From the NCBI RefSeq assembly GCF_009914755.1, contig NC_060932.1: a DNA stretch of 64,000 bases. One strand, given 5' to 3'. Source of the stretch: the human T2T-CHM13v2.0 reference genome, Homo sapiens. Numbering within the stretch: position 1 is the stretch's first letter; each line of letters opens with the position of its first letter. The notes beneath the pieces were generated by a model that did not search any database, was not told where the DNA came from, and saw only the letters and a program-made list of their open reading frames with translations. Below, piece after piece: positions 1-13,274 of the stretch. Position numbers and translations under genes: made by a program.

Positions 1-3000
1 AGGTGAGATCCTGTAATTTTTTAAGGTCTGCAAATTCAGCCTGATCCAATATCTCACTAATACAACAAATATCTGGGTGTGCAAGCAAATTACTGTTAAA
101 TTTAGAATTTTCTATGCTAATTGTTGCTTCGTTTATTGGATGATCTGACTTTCTGGAAGCAATTATAGTATCCTCCTCAAGCCCAATAGGGGAAATTGGT
201 TCATTGTTTAAATCTTTAGACAAAGTATCATATATCTTCTGCAACTTAGAAAAGGCACATTTATTCACTCTGAGTAGCCTTTCTTCGTCCTTCTTTTGTG
301 AGTATTTTTTGCTGAAGGATTGTGTTCTCTCTTTCCAAACAAGATTTTTTGCAGCATCAAAAAAGATATGTTCCAGACCATAAAGAGATATTTTAACACG
401 TACTGCCTCGTTGTTCTTAATAAAATTAACCTTTGAGGAGATCATTTCTATGATAATCCACAGATGGTCCTGTTTTCCTGGATACGAATGAACTTTAGGA
501 GAGTCCCCACATACATTGATCAACTTTAAAGTACTTTTTCTTAAGATTTCCAGGTCTTCTAAACTATCTCCAAAGTTAACTCCACAGGTAAATGGAACAG
601 AAAGAGAAAAATCAAAGCAATCGGAACAATGCTCCATTATGGCTTCACATTCATTAACCTGTCGTTTGTACTTTAAGAATACATAGTATGAATTCTTTTC
701 CCTTTTTGTTTCTTCAAGCAATTCAACTAATTGATCATGGTAAGTCTGTAACTCACAGAATGCATTATATTTTAATCTTCCTTGGAAACCAGGATAGAAA
801 TTAGACTGCTGTTGAAATCCACGTGGTTTTCCAAGAAGCTCAGCATACAGTGTTTCATCATACCAAAGCAAGCTTCGCAATGTTGGTTCACCTTCTAAGT
901 GCCTTTTTTTGTTTTCAATGAATTGAATTGTTTCCATCATCATTTGAAGTTCTACCAAAGTGTCAACAGCACATGGTTTTAATGTGTGTTTGCAATTATT
1001 CCACAGGTTTTGGTCTACCAACAGTTCTCTTGAAATCAGGATTTGTTCAACTGAACATTCTTGCTTTCTTTCAAAAGCTTCCACAAATAAAGGGAGAATA
1101 TTTAGACAAACCTTAGTTTCTTCCTGTAGAATCTGCAAAGATGATGCTTCATCTGCCCTCTGCAAAATTTGAGATAGATTAGCTATAAGGGCCGTATGAT
1201 TAGCTGAGCAATGTTTTTCTTTAAAATCACTCACGTATGACGCAGGTTTCTTCAGAAGAGTAGGGACTTTACAGGTTTCAGAGTGGGCAGGTAAAATAGG
1301 CGTATGATTAACTCCTAGAATTCCTGGTTTGGAAATATAGGCTATTTCTGAATGTAATGTCAAGTCAGACTGCGAGTCTTTACTAACTTTAATTTCCCCC
1401 TTCTTCTCTCTTTTGTTAAGCGGATTAGAAACTGTGTTCTTCAAAGGGACTGACTCAGTGGTAGTATTTTTAGTGCTCAGATGGGAATCAATCAAGTTAG
1501 TTGTAATAATTTTCTCATTTAAGCAGGATTCTTCTGAGATCTGATTCTTTTGATTTTTGTACTCAGTATTAACAGTTGATCCTTCAGTCATGCTTCTTTT
1601 GTAAACAGAATCTTTTGCTTTTTCCGCTTGTTTAACTTTCCACGTTATTCTGTCCTCAGTGTCTTTCTTCACAATACATGTTTCTGAAGAGGAGCCTTTT
1701 ACATTATCTTTTAAAAGCAGAGAACTATCACTGGAAGATAATTCCACTATATTTTCCCCATAACTTTTATCTTCTTCAGTTCCTGATGCTACATCCAACT
1801 CATAATTCTCAGTGACATTTGTTTCATTCCCATCTGTATGGAGGCAATTACCTGAAGAGCACTGTTCTGTCTTTAGAAGCTCTTTTTCTCTACAGCTCTG
1901 CTCACAGTGTGGTACAGTACTGGATGCTGCAAAAGAATCTACAGTAAGAATTCTCTGCTTATCCAAGTAAGATTTTGAAGATTCTCCCTCACTATCTGTC
2001 ACTGCAGCGGCTGATAACTGAGGAATACTGTACTTTTTACTTGCTATCAAAGTTAGGTTTAATGGGCCCATAAGGAAGTTTCCTGTAATAATGTTTTGTT
2101 TGGGTCTCTCAATAGGATCTGTCCACTTTACTTCCAGGTTTCTTTTACAATCAGATAAAATAAGGTTACCTTGTTGGTAGAGATCATTTAAAAAGTGCTT
2201 CACATTTGAATCTAAGACTGATATAAGTACGTCAGTTTTCGCCTTTGTGTGACCTATGCAAGTTGCATCACAATCGTTGCCTGTACTAGAATTTATGTTT
2301 TCTTTTATGCAACTTAAAGATACAGAATTACTTTCATTTATTACTTCATTAGCGTCACAACTGTTTTCTTTAGTTGCATCTTTAACATTATGATTTGCTG
2401 AATGTTTTTCAAGCTTTTCATATTTACTAGTGCTAGATAAAAATGCTGTATCAATTTGATTTTCTTTTTCTATTAGTTTCTCATCTGAGTGGTCTGGGGA
2501 AAACAGATATGCAGTTTTTCCAGAAAAGGGCTGATGTTCTTCTGATAAACTTGGATTGCTTACACTGCTATTATAATAAACTGACTGACTTGTACTTTGG
2601 GATGTGGAGGATACAGGCAACTGTGATTCAGGATGTTCTTGATTACAAAATTCTCCCATGTGACTGGTGGTGGGGTGACTTTTTGAGACACTGCTAGCCA
2701 TACTTTTCCTAGAAAGGCATTTTTTCTCTCCACTTGTTTTATAAGACTTGTGCTTTGACACATGGGTTAATGATTTAGAAATATCAGCTTTTGGAGCTCT
2801 TTTCTTTCTCCGTTTGTCATATTTTCTTTTTGACGAAAAATGCTTAGTAGAATAATATTTTCTTTGAGACACAGAACTATAACCTTGAAGGTCACAACTT
2901 TCCCAGAAATTATTGCATATTATTGCATATGATTTTGGTAATGGGCCCTTTCTTTCTTCTCCTACTTTAGTTATAAGCTGCAAAGATGTGTGAACTCTTC

Positions 3001-6000
3001 TATGAGCTTTTTTTAAGTGAACAACTGCTTTGTCTAGTTTTCTGGAAAGACATTTGCTTTTACATAAAGATGCTTCATCACTTAGGATATTTAGGACACT
3101 CTTAATGTGCTTTTCTGACTGTGAAAATGTTTTAATTCGTCCTTGGGATAATGAAGAGAAACACTCAGATGAGTCTTGACTGGTTAGCCTCCTCTTTCTC
3201 CCATAAATTTTATGTCGTCTTAAATCTTTATGTGGTATGTTCTGATCCCTGGAAGATATATGTAGCTTCCTTTTGCTAATTCTTGATTCTACCTCCTTTT
3301 TATTTTTGGTATCATTATAGTCAGTTTTTGATTTTGTAAAGAAACATCTGCTTCCATCATCTATTGTTGTGACATTAGAAGGTTCAGTAAACAAAGATTC
3401 ACTGTTCTGATTTTCAGACGTATGATTCACATCTGTATTACGACTCAAGTCAAAAGAAAGGGAGATTTCAGAGTTACTCACTGGCCCTGATTCTTGCCTT
3501 ATATTATCAACTTTATCTTCACATGGATAATCTGCATTTTCACCAAAAGGCTGGGAATAAATGTCAAATCCTAGAATTTCTCCATCTTCCTTATTTATTT
3601 CCGGTTTTGTGGCTTCAGTTACATGTGTGCAAAAACTATCTTTCAATGCAAGGGAGTCAGCTGTCGGGCTGAATCCTGGCCTAAATATATTAGTAATTTT
3701 AATTTGTAGATCTGGAAGTAAAATTGGGCTGGTAAGTTCTGTTTCATTGTTTTGTGTAGAGGAATAAAAATAGTTACTTTCCTTAGAATAATGCTGATCA
3801 CTATTCTCCCTTCCTGTGGTGCTTTCCAAAACTTCCATCTCCCCGTTATCAAGTGCTAACAGACCTTCCCAACTGATACGAGACTTCAGAGCCTTATATG
3901 AGGTCACAAATTCTTCACAAAGCATGTTTTCATGGCTATGTGTATCTTGTTGAAATATAAAAGCATCATCACAATCTTCTAATTCTATTTCAATTTCACT
4001 TTCCAATTCAATGCTCTGAAGAACTAAGTTCTCATTTATTGATTGATGAAATGATTCTTGTGATTTATTTTTATCCGTATCAATTTCACAATCAGAAACC
4101 CTATGTTTTACTAACAAACCAAAATCTGGACTTTCAGAAGAACAAGTTTCTTTAAACTGGTATATCTGGTGATCGTCATTATTTAGGCTTAATGCAGGCA
4201 TAGTAGCACTAGCTATCTGTATTGCAGCATTTGAGGCTACACACACTGAAGAACTTGCAGTTTTGGGAAATGTCGTGGAAGCCAAATGCTCTACACTTCT
4301 TCCAGTATTTTCAGTATCTTTTTGTTTCACGGCACTAATGGTATCTTCTTCACTCTCTAATAATGCAGTTGCTGCTGACACTGCATTATCTTCTCTGCAA
4401 ATCAAGTTAAATTTAGTAGAAAATTCTTCAGAACTCAAAATTTCTATATTGTGGTAATTTTTGTCCTCCTTTTCATCTATATTGCTGAAATTTTCGTTTG
4501 TATGAGAATCCTGCTTTTTGTCTCCATATATGTTCTCTATGTTGTTTTCTACACATGAAGCACTATTCTCTTTAGCCTCATTTTGGTTTTCTCTATCTGT
4601 TTGTTTTTTGAAATTAACATTCAGCCATATATCATTGCTTAACTGTGAATTACAGAACAGATTGTGATCCTGACCCCTATCTTCAACATAAGCAGTTTCT
4701 TTATAGTCTCTCTGAATGTTCTCTAATGACACTGGTTCATTTTCATTTTTCCTATGGACACATATATGTTCTCTAGTTATGCTGCAATTTGAACTGTCAT
4801 GAGCTGTTTCTATGTTATAAGATGAAATAACTGTATCAATGAACATTTCTTTGGCCTGGGGTATGTCTTTTGGTTTCGGGAAAGCTTCAGTTATAATGCT
4901 AGCATAATTTTGATTTATTTTCCCCAATTTCAGTTCCATTAGCTTTTGAGCAATGGCTAAACTTGTATGAATGTTACCCTCATACTCCACAGAGTGCTGA
5001 GGATGCTTTTGTGACAGGCTCTCAAAACTTGGAGTAATTTGCCATTCCAATGCTAGATGATCTAGTTCATCCTTATCCTTTATGGTAGATGTAGAAGATT
5101 TTGTTATTTCTAACTCTTGAGTAATTAATATTTTATCACAGCTTTTCCCAAAAGAATTATGACTCTCACTCTCTTTGTATTCTTGGTGCAAAACAATGTA
5201 ATTATCTATTGGACTGATTTTTGTTTCATTAGTGAAATCATTATCAATTTCTTTCCATGAAGTTTGCTTTTCTTCATGTTTGGAACTGTCTTCCAGGTCA
5301 GCGAAGTTTTTCATCTTTCCAGTATTTTGAAGGTATTCATCAATGCTTACTTTCTTTTTGAGTGGAAAAACTGTAGACGTTTGGCAACCAGTCTGATAAA
5401 TTGTTTTTAAATCAGAAGACTGCGAGTCCTGAAAAATGTGACTACTGTACTCTTTTGTATAAGCATTACCGGACTCCTGTTGGGCTCTCTGAGCCTTCTC
5501 CTCACTGTGGTTTTGGTTCTCAACCTCTGACACTACATTTGACACAGAAATTGGGAAGGAAAAATTACCTTGGTCCTTACATTGCCCTGCCATGGTAACT
5601 TTATTGGGAGGTATACAGTCATAGTCCTCAGAGCCCATGTTGTGAGCCCAAGATTGTGAATCATTAACAGAAGTTTTAAAGCAAGGGGTATCCAAACCAT
5701 TAGTAAGAACAGCACAATCACCAGGGACAACTTCTGAGGAGGAGGCAGAATTAGATGGTGTCGATTTTATTTCTGAATTAACATTATCTGAACTCTTCTC
5801 AAATTGCAAAACCTCATTTAAGCCTGCAGTACTACTCTGTTCTCCCATACTTTCTTCTCTCCTCATCAGTCTTGGGTCTTTGATGGATTTTGAAGTAGTG
5901 ACTGTGCTTGAGCCAGTATTGTTGTGAAGAGGAAAAGAAGCATTAAGACCACTTAAAATATTTTTAAGACTTGTCCAATTTAACAAAAGGTCACCATTAA

Positions 6001-6324
6001 CACTGTCTTTGGCATCACTGGGCATAAGTGAAATGTCTGAATCATGTGCAAGTACTTGAGAAGTGTCTCTAATTTCTGCTAAACTGTGCTCTGTCTGTCC
6101 ACTGTATGTTTCAGGTATAGAAATGTTTCCATTTTGTACATTTCCATAGGAGTTAGAAATATTTGAGATGAAAGGATTTATCTCTGAATTTAGTGCATTG
6201 CATAAACAGTTTTCTTGAACAAATGGATCTACAGGTTTCTTGAAATGCACAAAGGTGACAGTAGCATCTTTTCCTTTTCCAAATCTTTTGGCCACTGTAC
6301 AGTTATTCAGAGAGCATGTCCTTT
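1..6324 (-). CDS. TEX15: TEX15 giant internal coding exon (partial, continues past left edge); codons ~284-2391
   Basis: Acceptor ttatttccacag|AAAGG (AG at 6326-6325). Phase 1 joins the previous exon (GCT G|AA AGG ACA TGC = A E R T C). The frame reads ERTCSLNNC...MPSDAKDSVNGDLLLNW...KDPRLMRR...SQILQRADEASSL...ISEILDQAEFADLKKLQDLT at base 1. No minus-strand ORF in this frame appears in the track, consistent with no stop before the edge. Matches the TEX15 protein as I recall it. Confidence 0.97.
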
Positions 6325-6628
6325 CTGTGGAAATAATAAGGAAGACAAATTTGAAAAAAAGTGTTTCTATAGACAACTATTAATACAGGTACATTGTGTC
6401 CAGTAATTTTAATTGAAAGTTCAGCTAATAACCTAATGATGATTAAAATGTGTTTTCAACGGAAAAAGCAAAGAGAGAAGGGGATGATTAACAAATAAAT
6501 AAAATATAAATGACGTAGCATGAAATTCTCCTCGTCTAGAAACCTTAATAAAGAGTATTTGCCATAAAAGTTTAATTCTGACAAATAATAGAAAAAAAAT
6601 GACAAATAATAGAAAAAAACTAAATAGG

Positions 6629-6995
<367 letters not shown>

Positions 6996-8351
6996 CTATA
7001 TTCAGATGTTTAATAATAGCATGTACATATAAGAAGGCAAAATAATCTCCCTCTATCTACCATTACCTTGCTTCTCCCTCTACCATGGGAGAAAAAAAAG
7101 GAAAGGAAAGGGGTGTGAGGTGGAAAAACAGGGAAAGGAAAACCCAAAAAGTTCCATAAAATCTTTCCCAGGAGCCAAAGCAAACTACTATTCGTCTTTT
7201 GCAGTGAAATGAATGTTCCTGCAAATAATATATGCAAATAAAAACCTGGAAAATAAAAGCAAACTTTTAAAATAATTTATAAAAATTATTTCTAAAATTT
7301 CCTAAGAAACCTCATGTAATAATGAATTTACAAAATGCATATTTAACAAGTAAATAATAATTTCTCATAAATGTTCACCAAACATTCATAGCTAAGTAAC
7401 ACCCTAAAAATACCTTTCCTAAAACAGGAATTAATGATGAGAAATTGCTTGTGACATCTATAAAACATATGAAGTTATCATGTCACTGACAAGTACCATA
7501 AGGTTCTTTTTCACAGTAAGAGAGCTATGTTGAAGATTTCTAAATTCTACTACCATTTGTGATTTTATTACTTACAGTAAGCTATCATGGAAATATGACC
7601 ACATATGAAGAGATGTAGTTCTTTAGAGTGGGGAGTATAATGGAGAAGAAAATGGAAATGTAGATTCCTACACCTACACCAAAATAAAATTTGCTATTTA
7701 AAAAACTCCATAAAAGTACTAGAAAAAAAAATGAATGGATGTTTTTATAATCTTGGCATAGGAAAGTACTTTTAAAGCATGACTGAAAATCAGAAAACAT
7801 AAAAGTAAAACATGATGTCAATTACATATAAATTATTTTAATAGGTCAAAATGCATGATAAACAATACTCAAAGGAAAAAAATAGGTAAAATTGTCAACA
7901 AACACAAAAAGATGCCCCAACCCCACTAAATAAACAGTAAGATCCATTAAAAAAAACTTTTTAAACTGGCAAAAATTTGAAAGAATGATTAATACTATAC
8001 AAATGTAAGCACTTTTTAATATGGTTCATGGAAGTATAAATTCGTACAAATTTCCTGGAAAACAAGCTGACAGTATTCATCGATATGTTATATGTAATCA
8101 TTCAAAGCAAACCCATTCTTACTCATTTACTACTCTGATAAACTTGTATAAATACCCAAAGTTCTATGGACAAGGATCTTCAGTAAAATAACCCAAGACA
8201 GTTAAAAGCTAGAAACCTAACTATACATCAATATGAGACTGGCTAAATGAATGACATATCAAAAATGATAAAATTACTATGAGCATACGTTATAACAAAT
8301 GTCCTAGAAGACAGAATGTTATGCAGCTATTACAAAGATTAAGATGGATTA

Positions 8352-8657
<306 letters not shown>

Positions 8658-8697
8658 AAGATGGATTAATATATACCAATGTGGGAAAAGAAACCTA

Positions 8698-9033
<336 letters not shown>

Positions 9034-9108
9034 TTAACAAAAACTTATAAAATACTTAACATGGATGCCAGGTCCTGTTTTAAGTGCCTTATGTACATTA
9101 ATTTAATC

Positions 9109-9400
9109 TTTTTTTTTTTTTTTTTTTTTTTTTTGAGACAGAGTCTCTGTCGCCCAGGCTGGAGTGCAGTGGCACGATCTCGGCTCACTACAAACTCCGC
9201 CTCCCGGGTTCACGCCATTCTCCTGCCTCAGCCTCTCCGAGTAGCTGGGACTACAGGCGTCCGCCACCACGCCTGGCTAATTTTTTGTATTTTTAGTAGA
9301 GACAGGGTTTCACCGTGGTCTCGATCTCCTGAAGTCGTGATCCGCCCGCCTTGGCCTCCCAAAGTGCTAGGATTACAAGTGTGAGCCACCGCGCCTGGCC
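9109..9400 (-). mobile_element. AluY-like
   Basis: Pure T26 tail, many intact CpGs; TSD acattaatttaatctt at 9095-9110 and 9401-9416. Confidence 0.92.
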
Positions 9401-9616
9401 ACATTAATTTAATCTTAATAACATTTCCATTTTACTGATGAGGAAGTGAAATTAAGAACAATTTGCTCAGAATCACACAGTTTATTAACAGTAGAATCTT
9501 AATCTCTATATTATGCTATCTCTTTAAACTTGATAATGGCATTTTTACTTTATTCCCTTTTTGTTGGCATTCTCATCAAATGACAATTAAAAATTGCAGA
9601 ACAAATCCAACATCTT

Positions 9617-9744
9617 GGGTGCACCAAACTCTCACAAATCACCACTAAAGAACTTACTCATGTAACCAAATACCACCTGTTTCCCTAAAAACCTACGGAA
9701 ATAAAAAAAAATTGAAATAAAAAAGTAGTAAGAAAAAACCCCCA
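9617..9744 (+). mobile_element. Extremely 5'-truncated L1 (L1PB-like 3' end)
   Basis: gggtgcacca...aatcaccactaaagaacttactcatgtaaccaaa...ggaaataaaaa; perfect TSD acaaatccaacatctt at 9601-9616 and 9745-9760. Confidence 0.85.
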
Positions 9745-9835
9745 ACAAATCCAACATCTTCAATGCAATACGGAAACTAATAAAACCAGATTACAATCAA
9801 TAAAGTACACTACCAAATAGTTATTAGTACCATAT

Positions 9836-10010
9836 ATTCAGTGATGATGGAAATGTTATCTGTGGTAGCTACTAGCCACATGTGGTTACTGAGCACTGAA
9901 ATGTGCCTGGTGTGACTGACAAATTGAATTTATAATTTTATTTAATTTTAATTAATTTAAATTTAAAGAGCCACATGTGACTAGTGGCTACTGTATTAGA
10001 TAGTGTAGTC
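9836..10010. mobile_element. MER3-like hAT-Charlie MITE
   Basis: Inverted tagccacatgtgg motifs around an AT-rich core. Confidence 0.8.
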
Positions 10011-10240
10011 TGGTGTACTCTGGAGGGAGATGAATATGCTGATAGCCAACACATGTGGCTATGACTGTGGGCATAATATAGGTTTTCTCTAAAGTTAATC
10101 ACCCTGAAAGGCATCATCCTTTGATTAAAGCAATAAGCTATAATACATTGCGGATGGGCTGCAGTAGAAGTAGGGAAAGGTCCCTATCTGTTGTCTCTAA
10201 TATAAGCCTTCCGGCTGAGGGGAAATGTGGACAGAACAAC

Positions 10241-10340
10241 TAGGTAAAATCGTCAAGGAAAGAGAACACTTGAACAACCTATAAAACAAGTAGGTAAAAT
10301 CGTCAAGGAAAGAGAACACTTGAACAAACTATAAAACAAG
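10241..10340. repeat. 50-bp tandem duplication (49/50 identical)
   Basis: taggtaaaatcgtcaaggaaagagaacacttgaacaa(c/a)ctataaaacaag x2. Confidence 0.97.
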
Positions 10341-10391
10341 TAGACCTAACAGCCTATGGAACACCCTGCCTGGCAACAGCAGAATATAGTA

Positions 10392-10718
10392 CAATTGGCC
10401 CTATGTATTGGTGGGTTCCAAATCCATGGATTCAACCAATCATGGGTGAAAAATTAAAATAAAAACACAACAAAATAACAATATAACAATAAAAAATAAT
10501 ACAAATAAAAAACACAGTATAACAACTATTTACATAGCACAAATGTGGTATTGGTATTATAAGTAATATAGAGATAATTTAAAGTATATGGGAGGATGTG
10601 TGTAGGTTATATGCAAATATTGACCCAGTCTGTGTAAGGAATTTGAGCATCCACAAATTTTGGTATTCATGGAACATCCTGGAACCAATCCTCCCTGACA
10701 GATACTGGAGGACTACTG
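10392..10718. mobile_element. MER2-like Tigger (TcMar) element
   Basis: ggattcaaccaa...tataacaactatttacatagca...ctggaaccaatcc; TA-flanked. Confidence 0.8.
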
Positions 10719-12954
10719 TATATTCTTTTCAGTTGCACATGGATCATTCTCCAGGAAAGACTATATGCTAGGTTATACAACAAACCTCAATAAACTTAAA
10801 GGAAAAAGATAAGACAAACTGTTTTCCAACTACAATGGAATGAAATAGATATCGGTTAACAAAAAAATTTTGGAAATTTGCAAATACATAAAAAACATGG
10901 TCTGAAAAAAACCAATGAATTAAAGAATAAATCAAAAGGAATTTAGAAAATAAATTTGAGATAAATGAAAATTACAACATTACATATGTCATGGGACACA
11001 GCTAAAGTAGTTGTTTCTAGAAATTTATAGCTATAAAGACCTATATTAACAAAGAAGAAATATTTGAAATCAAAACCTAACCTTCCATCTTAAGACACAC
11101 ACACACGTGAAACAGCAAACTAAATCTAAAGCAAACAGAAAAAAATAAAGAGAGGAAATTAATGAAATAGAGAATAGCAAAAAGAATGAAACCAAAATTG
11201 GTTCTTTGAAAAACAAAACAAAACAAAAACAAAATTTATAAACCTTTTTAACCTGACTGACCAAAAAAAAAAAAAAAAAGGAGAAGACTCAAACTAGTAG
11301 ACTCAGAAATGAAAGAGGGGACATTACTACTAACAGAAATAAAAAGACTATTAAAGGAATACTATAAGCAAATGTATGCTAATAAATTACATAACTGAAA
11401 TGAACAACTTCCAATAAAACCAGAAAGTACTGAACGTGATGCAAGAAGAAACAGAAAATAAGAACAGACCTAAAACAAGTGAAGAAACTGAATGAGTAAT
11501 TGAATACTACCCACAAGGAAAAACCCATCCCCAGATGGCTTCCTTAGTGAAGTCTACCAAATGTTTAAAGAAGAAATAATACCAATTCTTCATATATTAT
11601 TCCAAAAAATAAAAGAGGAGAGAATAGAATACTTCCCAACTCATCCTATGGAACAATATTAACCTACCACCAAAACCAGACAAAGACATCACAAAAAATC
11701 GACAGACCAGTATCTCTTACAAATATGGACACAAAAATCCCCAATAAAATTGCAGCAAACTGATTCCAGGAACATATAAAATGAATTATACACCATGACC
11801 AAATGGGATCCAAGGAATGCGATGTTAACATCTAAAATCAATTAATGTAATACATTATATCGATAAAAACAACAACAAAAAAAGTCACAACCATCTCAAC
11901 AAAGAAAAAACAATTGAGAAAATCCAATAGTCTAAAAACTCTCAATAAACCAGAAACAGAAGCAGATTTCCTCAACATGATAAAGAGCTTCTATAAAACT
12001 CCTACAACGGACATCATACTTCCTGGTAAAAGACTGGATGCCTTCCCCCTAAATTCAAGAATACAGACAAAGATGTCTGCTCTTGCCACTTCTCTTACTG
12101 AAGGTGCTTAGCCAGGGCAATTATGCAAAAAAAGACTGGAAAGAAAAAAGTAAAATTTTCTCTATTCACAGATGACATGATCTTATATATAGAAAATCCC
12201 AAAGACCACTAAAAAAAATCTATTAGAATAACGAGTTCAGCAAGACTGCAGGATACACTATAATTACACAAAATCAATTATATTTCTATACATTTGGAAT
12301 GAACAATACACTAATAAAATAAATAATTCCATTTATGATAGCACCAAATAATACTTAGAAATAAGCTTAACAAAAGAAGTGCAAAACTCATATTCTGAAA
12401 ACTATACTTCACACCCACTAGGATGGCTATAATAAAAAAGTCAAATAAGTTATGACAAAGATATGAAGAAATTCTAACTCTCAGACACTGCTGATGTGAA
12501 TTTAAATGGTGCAGCCACTTTGGAAAATAGTCTGGCAGTTCCTTGATTAGTTACTACAGAGTCTTCATATAACCCAGCAATTCCACTCTTGGATATACTG
12601 TACTCAAGAGCAATGAAAACATATATCCATGTAAAAACTTGTATGCGAATATTCATAGCAGAATTTGTAATTGTCAAAAGATGGAAACAACCCAAATGTT
12701 GACCAACTGATAAATACAATATGGTGTATCTATACAATGAAATGGTACTGCATAAAAAGAAATAAAGTACTGATACATGCTACAACATGGACGAACTGGG
12801 AAAACATTGTTAAGTGAAAGAAATCAGGCGCAAAAAAGTCCAAAAACTATGATTTTACTTAAATGAAATGCCCAGATTAGGCAAATAAGTACATTAGTAG
12901 TTGCTTAGGGCTGGGGGTCAGGGATATAATAGCTTTTAAAGGGCACAAAGTTTC

Positions 12955-13247
12955 TTCTTTTTTTTTGAGACAGAGTTTTGCTCTTTCACCCAGGCTGTAG
13001 TGAAGTGGTGCCATCTCGGCTCACTGCATCCTCTGACCCCCAGGTTCAAGCGATTCTCCTGCCTCAGCCTCCCACGTAGCTGGGATTATAGGCGCCTGGC
13101 ACCATGCCCAACTAAGTTTTGTATTTTTAGTAGAGACAGGGTTTCACCTTGTTGGCCAGGCTGGTCTTGAACTCCTGACCTCAGGTAATCCATCTGCCTC
13201 GGCCTCCCAAAGTGCTGGGATTACAGGCATAAGCCATGGTGCCCGGC
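12955..13247 (-). mobile_element. AluS
   Basis: Full antisense Alu; TSD cac(a/g)aagtttctt. Confidence 0.93.
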
Positions 13248-13274
13248 ACGAAGTTTCTTTAAAATGTGAGCTTC

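Larger units (their letters stand above)
10225..12950 (+). mobile_element. Old L1 (L1M/L1MB-like), degraded ORF2 plus 3'UTR, interrupted by MER2
   Basis: L1 ORF2-like segments (aaaccagacaaagacatcac, cagatgacatgatcttatat, acccagcaattccactct); no intact ORF. Confidence 0.85.

Noticed and set aside
928-6406. Short ORFs on the + strand and in other minus frames over the giant exon
   Set aside because: Shadow ORFs of the TEX15 frame; short, with no recognisable motifs
10241-10340. CRISPR-like or other array
   Set aside because: Two adjacent copies without spacers in eukaryotic DNA; a simple duplication
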